From positions 1-24,232 of the IMG/VR virus record IMGVR_UViG_3300016667_000098: 24,232 nucleotides of DNA, one strand, 5' to 3'. Below, piece by piece: positions 9,302-16,854 of this stretch. The notes below the pieces were generated by a model, which had not been told where the DNA came from, did no database searches, and saw nothing but the letters and a program-made list of their open reading frames with translations. A program made the translations under genes and the position numbers. How positions within the stretch are numbered: the stretch's first letter is position 1; each line of letters starts with the position of its first letter. The stretch comes from a virus. Lineage: Duplodnaviria; Caudoviricetes.

Positions 9302-9738
9302 TGAAGAAGATGCCAAAGGGTGGCGGTAAGGGTGCAAAGGGCGAGAAGCTATATACACCTGTGAGCCAAGCCACAATTGACAAGATTAAGAAGATGGGTA
9401 TGACCAAGGCACTTGCTGCTGCTGGTAAGACCCCAAAGGGTGGACGTGCTGAATTCATTCAGGGCGTAACTCGTATGTACGGTGCTAAGCGTGTAGCTGC
9501 TGCCCGTGCTAAGGCTGCTCCTGCAGCCAAGTCTCCAGATGCAGCTCGTGCTGCTTATGCTAAGAAGCCAGTTGCTAAGAAGGTTGCTAAGTCTCCAGAT
9601 GAGGCACGTGCTATGGCTAGCAAGGCTAAGCCAGCTGCTAAGAAAGCTACAACCACAACTAAGTACACATACCGCAATCCTAAGCCAGTAAACCTTAAGA
9701 AGGGTCTATTCCCTGGCCTACTGGGCGGTAAGAAGTAA
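9301..9738 (+). CDS. Lys/Ala-rich histone-H1-like protein
   Basis: ATG at 9301 overlaps the previous TAA and is in frame with the track start 9295; PAAK/KAKP-rich; internal AKSPD(A/E)ARA repeat with 60-nt period. Confidence 0.7.
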   Translation: MKKMPKGGGKGAKGEKLYTPVSQATIDKIKKMGMTKALAAAGKTPKGGRAEFIQGVTRMYGAKRVAAARAKAAPAAKSPDAARAAYAKKPVAKKVAKSPDEARAMASKAKPAAKKATTTTKYTYRNPKPVNLKKGLFPGLLGGKK

Positions 9739-9740
9739 CA

Positions 9741-10136
9741 ATGTCATATACCAAACCAGGTCTACGTGAATCCATCAAGAAAAGAGTTCTTGCTAGCTCT
9801 AAGGGCGGTAGACCTGGACAATGGTCAGCGCGTAAAGCGCAACTTGTAGCGCAAGAGTACAAGAAGGCTGGTGGTGGCTACACAGGTAGCAAGTCCAGCA
9901 AACAGAAGTCTTTGTCTAAATGGACCAAAGAGGAGTGGGGCACCAAGTCTGGTAAGCCTAGCACTCAGGGTTCTAAGGCAACAGGAGAACGCTACTTGCC
10001 TAAGAAGGCAAGACAAGCCCTAAGCAAGAAAGAGTATGCAGCCACTTCTGCAAAGAAGCGGCAAGATACTAAGGCTGGTAAGCAGTTCTCTAAGCAACCT
10101 AAATCAATTGCACGAAAGACAGCGAGGTATAGATAA
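9741..10136 (+). CDS. Basic protein, DUF5872-like
   Basis: 131 aa; KGGRPGQWSARKAQL..EYKKAGGGY, SLSKWTKEEW and ERYLPKKA motifs. Confidence 0.75.
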   Translation: MSYTKPGLRESIKKRVLASSKGGRPGQWSARKAQLVAQEYKKAGGGYTGSKSSKQKSLSKWTKEEWGTKSGKPSTQGSKATGERYLPKKARQALSKKEYAATSAKKRQDTKAGKQFSKQPKSIARKTARYR

Positions 10137-10408
10137 TGGCAGTGGGAAATACAGGTTCGCCCTTTACTGCTGAGTTGAACCGACTCGCCAATGGTGGAAC
10201 TTATAGAACCCCTTTGAACGTAGTAGCTGATAACGAAGCTGCCAATCAGTGGGCAGGTACTACTGGTCTTGATGTCCAAGGTGCGTTAAATCGCAAAGCT
10301 GGACTTACTGACCAAAAGACATTCCTTGATATTCAAGGCATTTGCAATGTGCTAGCAAGCACTGATGGCCTTGCTGCACCCGAAGCTCTAAGAAGGATAT
10401 CGTCCTAA
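10136..10408 (+). CDS. Hypothetical virion protein
   Basis: 90 aa; TAATG coupled at both ends. Confidence 0.7.
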   Translation: MAVGNTGSPFTAELNRLANGGTYRTPLNVVADNEAANQWAGTTGLDVQGALNRKAGLTDQKTFLDIQGICNVLASTDGLAAPEALRRISS

Positions 10409-11307
10409 TGACCTCAACCTTTGCCAATTTGGTAGATGAAGTTCTCCTAAATCTTAATGGCTATACTATGCGACAAGATCGCACTACTCACCTTACCGAT
10501 AACTTGACCGATTCTGGGCTATCACTTGCCCTAGGTAGCGTATCCAATATTGGCAAGGGTGTTGTCGAAATCGACGATGAGCTTATCTGGTTGGACACCT
10601 ATGATCGTGTCTCCAATACAGCTACAGCTGCTCCTTATGGACGTGGCTACCAAGGCACTCAAGCAGTTGCCCACACACAGAACACCAAGGTAACCATCTC
10701 TCCTACCTTCCCTAGAATCTCTGTCAAGCGTGCCATCAATGACACCATCAGATCGGTGTTTCCGCAGCTTTACGGCACCGCAAGAACAACCTTTAGTCTT
10801 ACTGCCACCCAGTCCACATACGCCCTTCCAGCGGACACAGAGACCGTTGTAGCGGCATCCTGGGACACTCCTGGCCCTACCGGTGAATGGATGCCTATCC
10901 GTGACTGGAGACAGGACGCCACAGCTAATACCACAGCTTATGGAACTGGACAAACTATCTCTATCTATGATAGAATTACTCCTGGTAGAACTGTGCAAGT
11001 TGTCTACACCAAGGAGCCTACACCTCTGACAAACAACAACGATGTGTTTGAGACCGTTACCGGTCTTCCATCGTCTTCTAAAGACGTAATCGTTTATGGC
11101 GCTTCTTATCGCTTAGCTTCCTTTATCGATCCAGGTCGTCTCACATTCACCTCTGCAGAAGCAGACCAGGCTGATAGCAAGATTCAATATGGCTCTGGTT
11201 CTAACGCTGCTCGCTTTATGCTCGCCCTTTACCAGCAACGCCTAGCCGAAGAGGCTGGCAAGCTGCGTGATAAATTCCCAGTTCGCGTCCACTACACGAG
11301 GTACTAA
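10408..11307 (+). CDS. Head-tail adaptor / tail tubular protein A-like
   Basis: 299 aa; N-terminal TFANLVDEVLLNL helix, VKRAINDTIR and C-terminal helices resemble podoviral adaptors; lies just before the fibre genes. Confidence 0.6.
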   Translation: MTSTFANLVDEVLLNLNGYTMRQDRTTHLTDNLTDSGLSLALGSVSNIGKGVVEIDDELIWLDTYDRVSNTATAAPYGRGYQGTQAVAHTQNTKVTISPTFPRISVKRAINDTIRSVFPQLYGTARTTFSLTATQSTYALPADTETVVAASWDTPGPTGEWMPIRDWRQDATANTTAYGTGQTISIYDRITPGRTVQVVYTKEPTPLTNNNDVFETVTGLPSSSKDVIVYGASYRLASFIDPGRLTFTSAEADQADSKIQYGSGSNAARFMLALYQQRLAEEAGKLRDKFPVRVHYTRY

Positions 11308-13574
11308 TGCCAATACGTAAATATCTCTCCACATCTCAGGAGACCACGCTTACATCAGCGATGAACTCCTCGCAGACAACTATGGTTGTCAATTCCGCAG
11401 CTGGATTGCTTGGTTCAATCACGCCTGCTGCTGGTGAAACCTTCACGGTTGTTATCGATCCAGATACCTCGCTTGAAGAAATTGTAGATGTAGTTGCCCC
11501 CTCTAACCCAGGTAGCAATACACTAACCATCGTACGTCCTATTGATGGTACATCAGCTATTCCTCACTCAGCTGGTGCCAAGGTTCGTCATATGGCTGTT
11601 GGCCGTGACTTCCGTGAGGCTAACACCCACATTGAGAATACTACCTCTGCACACGGCTTGACTATTGCCAACGTAGTAGAGACTACAGATACTGGCACAG
11701 TGTCAACCGCGATGATTGCAGATAGCGCAGTTACCTCAGCTAAGATTGCTGATGGAGCTATCGTAAATGCTGACATCAACGCATCAGCAGCTATCGCTGA
11801 TACAAAGCTTGCAACTATTTCAACAGCTGGTAAGGTAGCTAACTCTGCTACTACAGCTACTAACGCTAATACCGCAAGTGCCATCGTAGCTCGTGATGCT
11901 TCAGGCAACTTCTCTGCAGGTACAGTAACAGCTAACTTGACAGGTAATGTCACAGGTAACGTAACTGGTAACGTAACAGGTTCCTCTGGATCAACCACAG
12001 GTAATGCTGCTACAGCTACAGCTCTACAGACAGCTCGTGACTTCCAGATTTTGGGTGATGTAGAAGCTTCTGCTGTATCCTTCAATGGTACAGGTAACGT
12101 AAACCTAACCACTCAGATTGCTACTGGTGTTATCGTCAATGCTGACGTAAATGCCTCAGCTGCTATTGCTAAGTCAAAGCTAGACCTAGGTGGTCAAATT
12201 ACCTCAGCTGACTTGGTAGATGGTACTATCGTAAACGCAGATATCAATGCTGCTGCAGGTATTGCTTTAAGCAAGCTAGCAGTAGATCCACTAGCTCGTG
12301 CTAATCATACCGGAACACAGACAGCTAGCACTATCTCAGATTTCAACACAGCTGTACAGACAAATCGTTTAGATCAGATGGCAGCTCCTACAGCTGCTGT
12401 ATCTCTAAACAGCCAAAAGATTACTAACCTTGCAACTCCTACTAACTCAGGCGATGCGGTATCTCTTGGATACCTAAATGGTCAAAAGGGTGTAGCTAAT
12501 GGTATTGCTGAACTTGATGGTAATGGATTAGTTCCTACTCATCACCTACCAGCCCTAGCTATCTCTGAAACTTCTGTAGTAGCAAGCCAAGCAGCTATGC
12601 TTGCACTTACTGCTCAGGTTGGTGACGTTGCAGTACGTACAGATGTAAACAAGTCTTTTATTCTTACAGCAACACCAGCATCTACCCTTGCTAACTGGCA
12701 AGAATTGCTAACCCCAACAGATGCAGTTCTATCTGTGGATGGCAGCACTGGCGCGGTATCTCTATCTGGTACATACATCAATAGAACCACAGGTCAGCTA
12801 TTAGGCAACCTAGATGCTAATACCTTCAAGGTTACTAACTTAGGTGCTCCTACAAGTGCTAACGATGCTGCTACTAAAACATACGTAGATGCAGTAGCAG
12901 GTTCAGCCACAGCAGCAGCTGCGAGCGCAGCGGCAGCAGCGGCCACATATGATTCATTCGATGATCGTTATCTAGGCGCTAAGTCTGTTGCCCCCACATT
13001 GGATAATGATGGAGACCCAATCCTAGACGGTGCTATCTATTGGAACACAGTAGACAATGCCATGTATGCCTGGGATGCAGGAACTTCAACATGGGGTTCA
13101 ATCTCATCTACAGCAGCTATCTTCCGTTATCGCTATACAGCAACTGGTGGAGAAACTTCACTATCAGGTCTTGACGATAATGGTATAACACTTTCTTACC
13201 TAGCAGGTAAAGAGCAGGTATACCTAAATGGTGTATTGCTAGTTCGCACTTCTGATTACAATGCTACGAGTGGTACAAGCATCACATCTCTTGCAGCTTT
13301 GACTGCTGGGGACATTGTAGAGATTATTACCTTTACAGCATTTGATTTAGCTACAGCAATCCAACTTAGCGTCTTTGATGCAAAAGGCGACCTATTGGTG
13401 GGCACCGCAGCAGACACTGTGGGCAAGTTACCATTAGGTACAAATGGTTATGTATTAAAGGCTAACTCAGCAACAGCAACAGGCTTGGAGTGGGGTCAAG
13501 TAGACCTAACTCCTTATGCAACAACAGCAACAGTACAAGATAACTATGTAATGACCCTTATGGGCGCAATCTAA
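11307..13574 (+). CDS. Tail fibre protein (proximal / hub)
   Basis: 755 aa, Ala/Thr-rich; IVNAD(I/V)NAxAxIA x3, TGNV repeats, ITNLATP..DA and VTNLGAP..DAATKTYVD neck motifs, VYLNGVLL domain; ends VMTLMGAI. Confidence 0.85.
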   Translation: MPIRKYLSTSQETTLTSAMNSSQTTMVVNSAAGLLGSITPAAGETFTVVIDPDTSLEEIVDVVAPSNPGSNTLTIVRPIDGTSAIPHSAGAKVRHMAVGRDFREANTHIENTTSAHGLTIANVVETTDTGTVSTAMIADSAVTSAKIADGAIVNADINASAAIADTKLATISTAGKVANSATTATNANTASAIVARDASGNFSAGTVTANLTGNVTGNVTGNVTGSSGSTTGNAATATALQTARDFQILGDVEASAVSFNGTGNVNLTTQIATGVIVNADVNASAAIAKSKLDLGGQITSADLVDGTIVNADINAAAGIALSKLAVDPLARANHTGTQTASTISDFNTAVQTNRLDQMAAPTAAVSLNSQKITNLATPTNSGDAVSLGYLNGQKGVANGIAELDGNGLVPTHHLPALAISETSVVASQAAMLALTAQVGDVAVRTDVNKSFILTATPASTLANWQELLTPTDAVLSVDGSTGAVSLSGTYINRTTGQLLGNLDANTFKVTNLGAPTSANDAATKTYVDAVAGSATAAAASAAAAAATYDSFDDRYLGAKSVAPTLDNDGDPILDGAIYWNTVDNAMYAWDAGTSTWGSISSTAAIFRYRYTATGGETSLSGLDDNGITLSYLAGKEQVYLNGVLLVRTSDYNATSGTSITSLAALTAGDIVEIITFTAFDLATAIQLSVFDAKGDLLVGTAADTVGKLPLGTNGYVLKANSATATGLEWGQVDLTPYATTATVQDNYVMTLMGAI
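11940..11981 (+). repeat. 12-nt coding repeat (TGNV)n in the tail fibre
   Basis: acaggtaatgtc acaggtaacgta actggtaacgta acagg. Confidence 0.8.
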
Positions 13575-13589
13575 GGAAGGTAGTAACTA

Positions 13590-13892
13590 ATGGCTACAAC
13601 ATCCAAGGTGCTTGCTAGAACGGCAGCATCAACCTCTACAGCAACGCTATACACAACTCCAGCAGCTACGACTGCTGTGGTAACAAACATTGTTATATGC
13701 AATCCTACAGCTTCGGCAGTAACTGCATCAATGTTACTAAATGGTACTGATTTATTAGGCAGCGTATCAGTAGCTGCCAACTCATCTGCCTTCTTTGACT
13801 TGAAGCAGGTACTAAATGCAACTCAGACAATCAGTGGAAGTGCTTCATCAACATCTGTTGACTTTCACATTAGCGGAGTGGAGATAGCGTAA
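13590..13892 (+). CDS. ~100-aa beta-rich fibre-associated protein (adaptor paralog 1)
   Basis: MATTSKVLA...YT.PA..TAVVTNIVICN...ISGVEIA; paralogous to 15399..15728. Confidence 0.75.
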   Translation: MATTSKVLARTAASTSTATLYTTPAATTAVVTNIVICNPTASAVTASMLLNGTDLLGSVSVAANSSAFFDLKQVLNATQTISGSASSTSVDFHISGVEIA

Positions 13893-13894
13893 CT

Positions 13895-15256
13895 ATGGGT
13901 ATCTCAGTATTTCCTGCCCCTACAGGGGGTTTACCTGCTGGCGCTACCGAGCGCGTAGCATCAGGTTTTGCTCGCGATGGATATGCAGCTATAACTGGAA
14001 CTTTTTCAGCAGGTAAGTATCTTGTTGTTTCTAACGTAGCTTCATCTGTAAACTTTACAACAGGACAAAGCGTAAAAGGCTACCAGAATGCTTGTTTCAA
14101 AAATGGTGAAACATATGTAGTCAACTTGCCTGTAACATCAACTGTTTTAGAATACCAATCAATTTTAGACATAACAACTCTAAATGCACAAGCAGGTAAT
14201 CAAGGATCATCCAGTACCGATACTGCGTATCGTTGGAATGCTAATACTCGGTCAGTTCCACTAGCGCCTAGATCACTATCTGCTGCTTGGACACATGCAC
14301 ATATTCCTTACAAAGGACAGCATTACGGAATTTCTGCAACTGCTGGAACTCTTCAGTCTTTAACAAGCGCCACTTCTTATCAAAGCGTAGTAGGTATTGG
14401 AACTACGAACCTTACCTCTTGGAGCTCCGATAGAGAATACCCAGGCGCTTCAAATGGAACTAGATATGTTGGTATTTACAATACAGCAACGCCAGCAATT
14501 TTTTACACAGACAACCCTGCTTCTACAACAGGTTGGGTATCGGTAAGCGCAAACATTCCTGCCAACCCTGTTGGTGTCTATTACGGTGGAGACAAATACA
14601 TCTGTATTTCTAACTCAACAGCCGCAGCTTGGTCAAACGATGGTGCAACTTGGACATCTTTTAGCTTGCCTGCAACCCCGGGAAACTGGTATGGTTCTTT
14701 AGCTTATGGAAATGGCATATGGGTATTAATGCCAATTTATGGCACAAATAGCCAAACTTATTATACTTCAGTAAATGGAACTACTTGGACCACTCGCACT
14801 TTTGGTCGTGTACTTAATGACGGTGCATCAAATGGTGGCTGGGCAGTAAATTTCTTGAATGGTCGATTTGTTTGTGTTTCAAGCTCACCTTCTACTAGCT
14901 ATACAAACCCTGATGTTTTTGGGTCGCAATGGAGTGTGGATGGAATAAACTGGATGCGAGTAAGAAATCCAATGAGTCGTTTTTCTGCAGCAACAACTTG
15001 GCAGTGGCGTGCATCAGACAATGGTGCAATAATGTTGTTTTCCAATGATAACGGCCCGTCAGGTATGTTTACAGTAGATGGCGTAAATTGGCTAGGCGTA
15101 ACTGCGGAATATCCGAACTCTTGGTTTTTGCGCGGAACTCGTGGTTTCGGTTTAACTCCTGCGTCTACCGGTGTTTCCCTCGCGTCTTATCAACCTAATG
15201 CTTATTTTGACATATATAGACTAAATAGCAACTACACAGATTACACAAGTTACTAG
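13895..15256 (+). CDS. Putative receptor-binding tip protein with Asp-box/BNR-like beta-propeller repeats
   Basis: 453 aa; WSNDGATW, TSVNGTTW, WSVDGINW, FTVDGVNW and LAYGNGIWV motifs; looks more AT-rich than core genes. Confidence 0.7.
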   Translation: MGISVFPAPTGGLPAGATERVASGFARDGYAAITGTFSAGKYLVVSNVASSVNFTTGQSVKGYQNACFKNGETYVVNLPVTSTVLEYQSILDITTLNAQAGNQGSSSTDTAYRWNANTRSVPLAPRSLSAAWTHAHIPYKGQHYGISATAGTLQSLTSATSYQSVVGIGTTNLTSWSSDREYPGASNGTRYVGIYNTATPAIFYTDNPASTTGWVSVSANIPANPVGVYYGGDKYICISNSTAAAWSNDGATWTSFSLPATPGNWYGSLAYGNGIWVLMPIYGTNSQTYYTSVNGTTWTTRTFGRVLNDGASNGGWAVNFLNGRFVCVSSSPSTSYTNPDVFGSQWSVDGINWMRVRNPMSRFSAATTWQWRASDNGAIMLFSNDNGPSGMFTVDGVNWLGVTAEYPNSWFLRGTRGFGLTPASTGVSLASYQPNAYFDIYRLNSNYTDYTSY

Positions 15257-15266
15257 GAGCTAACAA

Positions 15267-15395
15267 ATGACTAAAGCAAGAGATCTAGCCAACCTAGCCT
15301 CCAACGCTACAAATGTAGCAACTGACGCTGAGGTAACCGCTGCAGTAAACGCAGCCGATTCAACACCAACCGCACTAATGACGATGGGAGCCTAA
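15267..15395 (+). CDS. 42-aa fibre linker microprotein (not in ORF track)
   Basis: MTKARDLANLASNATNVATDAEVTAAVNAADSTPTALMTMGA; SD AGGAG; fills the gap between flanking genes. Confidence 0.8.
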   Translation: MTKARDLANLASNATNVATDAEVTAAVNAADSTPTALMTMGA

Positions 15396-15398
15396 CCA

Positions 15399-15728
15399 AT
15401 GGCAGCAACATATAAAGTGCTAGGGCAGTCAGCTCCTAGCGCAACAACAGATACAAACGTATACACGGTTGGTGCTGGTAAGCAAGCTGTAGTATCCACA
15501 ATTGCTGTATGTAACCGCGGAGCAACCTCTGCTACTTACCGTATCGCTATCCGTGTTGGTGGATCTGCTCTAAGCAACGAAGAATATATTGCTTATGATG
15601 CAACAATCACAGCTAACAATACAGTAATGATTACTGTAGGTGTAACTCTTGGTGCAGGAGACATTGTTACAGTCTATGCATCTAATGCTAACTTGTCCTT
15701 CAATTTATTCGGAAGCGAGATTGCTTAA
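15399..15728 (+). CDS. ~109-aa beta-rich fibre-associated protein (adaptor paralog 2)
   Basis: MAATYKVLG...YTVGA..QAVVSTIAVCN...LFGSEIA; paralog of 13590..13892. Confidence 0.75.
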   Translation: MAATYKVLGQSAPSATTDTNVYTVGAGKQAVVSTIAVCNRGATSATYRIAIRVGGSALSNEEYIAYDATITANNTVMITVGVTLGAGDIVTVYASNANLSFNLFGSEIA

Positions 15729-16513
15729 TGGCTACATCAAGTCTAAATCCTGGGGTTGGCCCCACTAATGCTGATATTGCCGCTGCGGTAGCAGCTCCTA
15801 GTGCAGCTACTATTGCAGCAGCGGTAGCTGCTCCTTCAGCTGCCACAATTGCTGCTGCGGTTGCTGCGCCATCTGCTGCAACTATTGCATCTACTGTAGC
15901 AGCTTCCGTACCTACACTAGCTCAAATTAATACAGCTGTAAATACTCAGACCAACAACTCTGCAATTGCAACTGCCGTAGCTGGAGCTGTGCCTACTTTG
16001 TCTCAGATAAACACTGCGGTAGCAAACAATGCACCTTCTCCTAATGCTTGGACAGTAATATCCACAATATCTCCAAATAATACTGTTGGTTCATACAGTT
16101 TTACAGGGCTGAGTGGTTACAAAACATATAAGTTATTAGTTACAACTCAGGCAATTGGCGCTGTGGTTCCATTTAATGCTCAAATCAACAGTGACACAAA
16201 CACTAACTATGCTTATGGTTTAGTTTATAGTCAAAGCAGTTTAACTGGTGAAAGTAATCCCAATACTAATAGAATATTCCTTGGCAATGGGCCCAATGGG
16301 GGCTGGTTTAATGCAGAGTTAACTATTAGAAATGCTAATATTGCTGCCTATAAATCAGCGGAGTATTTTTCAATATCAACTCCAAACGTTGCTACTTATA
16401 TTTATGGAAATGGTATGTATAGAAGTACATCTAATATTTCATCTATTCAAATTTCTAATAACGGCAGCGCTACTTTTAACGGTGGTACAATTACTTTACT
16501 AGGGGCAAACTGA
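15728..16513 (+). CDS. Second putative receptor-binding fibre: Ala-rich repeat stalk plus C-terminal beta domain
   Basis: 261 aa; (IAAAVAAPSAAT)x3, VPTL(A/S)QINTAV x2, then WTVIST...FTGLSGYKTYKL...ISSIQI...GTITLLG. Confidence 0.7.
   Translation: MATSSLNPGVGPTNADIAAAVAAPSAATIAAAVAAPSAATIAAAVAAPSAATIASTVAASVPTLAQINTAVNTQTNNSAIATAVAGAVPTLSQINTAVANNAPSPNAWTVISTISPNNTVGSYSFTGLSGYKTYKLLVTTQAIGAVVPFNAQINSDTNTNYAYGLVYSQSSLTGESNPNTNRIFLGNGPNGGWFNAELTIRNANIAAYKSAEYFSISTPNVATYIYGNGMYRSTSNISSIQISNNGSATFNGGTITLLGAN
15776..15883 (+). repeat. 36-nt coding tandem repeat (IAAAVAAPSAAT)x3
   Basis: Exact at protein level, degenerate at third codon positions. Confidence 0.9.
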
Positions 16514-16746
16514 TGACAAGACCTGTAATATCAATTATTGATGTTTCTACTCAAGAAGAAACTATCCGTGAAATGAACGATGATGAATACGCTCAACATC
16601 TTCTTTCTTTAGAAGAAATTAAAAAAGAAGAAGCAGAACGCCTAGCCAAAGAGCAAGAAGCAGAAGCAGCCAAGGCTGCAGTAGAAGCCAAACTTGCTTC
16701 CCTAGGTCTTGACCTAGAAACCGTTAAGCTACTAGCAAAACTATAA
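16513..16746 (+). CDS. Putative tail-fibre assembly chaperone
   Basis: 77 aa; acidic coiled coil (IREMNDDEYAQ...AKLASLGL); TGATG-coupled to the fibre gene. Function inferred from position. Confidence 0.55.
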   Translation: MTRPVISIIDVSTQEETIREMNDDEYAQHLLSLEEIKKEEAERLAKEQEAEAAKAAVEAKLASLGLDLETVKLLAKL

Positions 16747-16749
16747 TTA

Positions 16750-16830
16750 CAGGACTAATTACCGATGTCCTGGGGCGGTCTAATAAAAGCCTTCGCCCAG
16801 CACGATAGACCTAGTGCTGGAGCTATTTTT
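16750..16830 (+). ncRNA. Candidate structured RNA element (three hairpins with 6-nt cross-complementarity), possibly a terminator/attenuator
   Basis: CAGGAC/GTCCTG, GGGCG/CGCCC, CCAGCAC/GTGCTGG; GGTCTA(16777-82) is complementary to TAGACC(16806-11); T5 at 16826-30. Confidence 0.45.
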
Positions 16831-16854
16831 AATTCTAAATCTTAAGGAGCTAAG

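Noticed and set aside
10531-13780. Minus-strand ORFs 10531..10998, 11336..11530, 11588..12112 and 13571..13780
   Set aside because: Antisense to well-supported structural genes; typical shadows of biased codon usage.
13895-16513. Diversity-generating retroelement acting on the fibre tips
   Set aside because: No reverse transcriptase and no template/variable repeat pair differing at adenines was seen in the window.
16750-16820. Assignment to a known ribozyme class (twister, pistol, HDV, hammerhead)
   Set aside because: Conserved catalytic cores and stem order could not be matched by eye on either strand; kept only as an unassigned structure.
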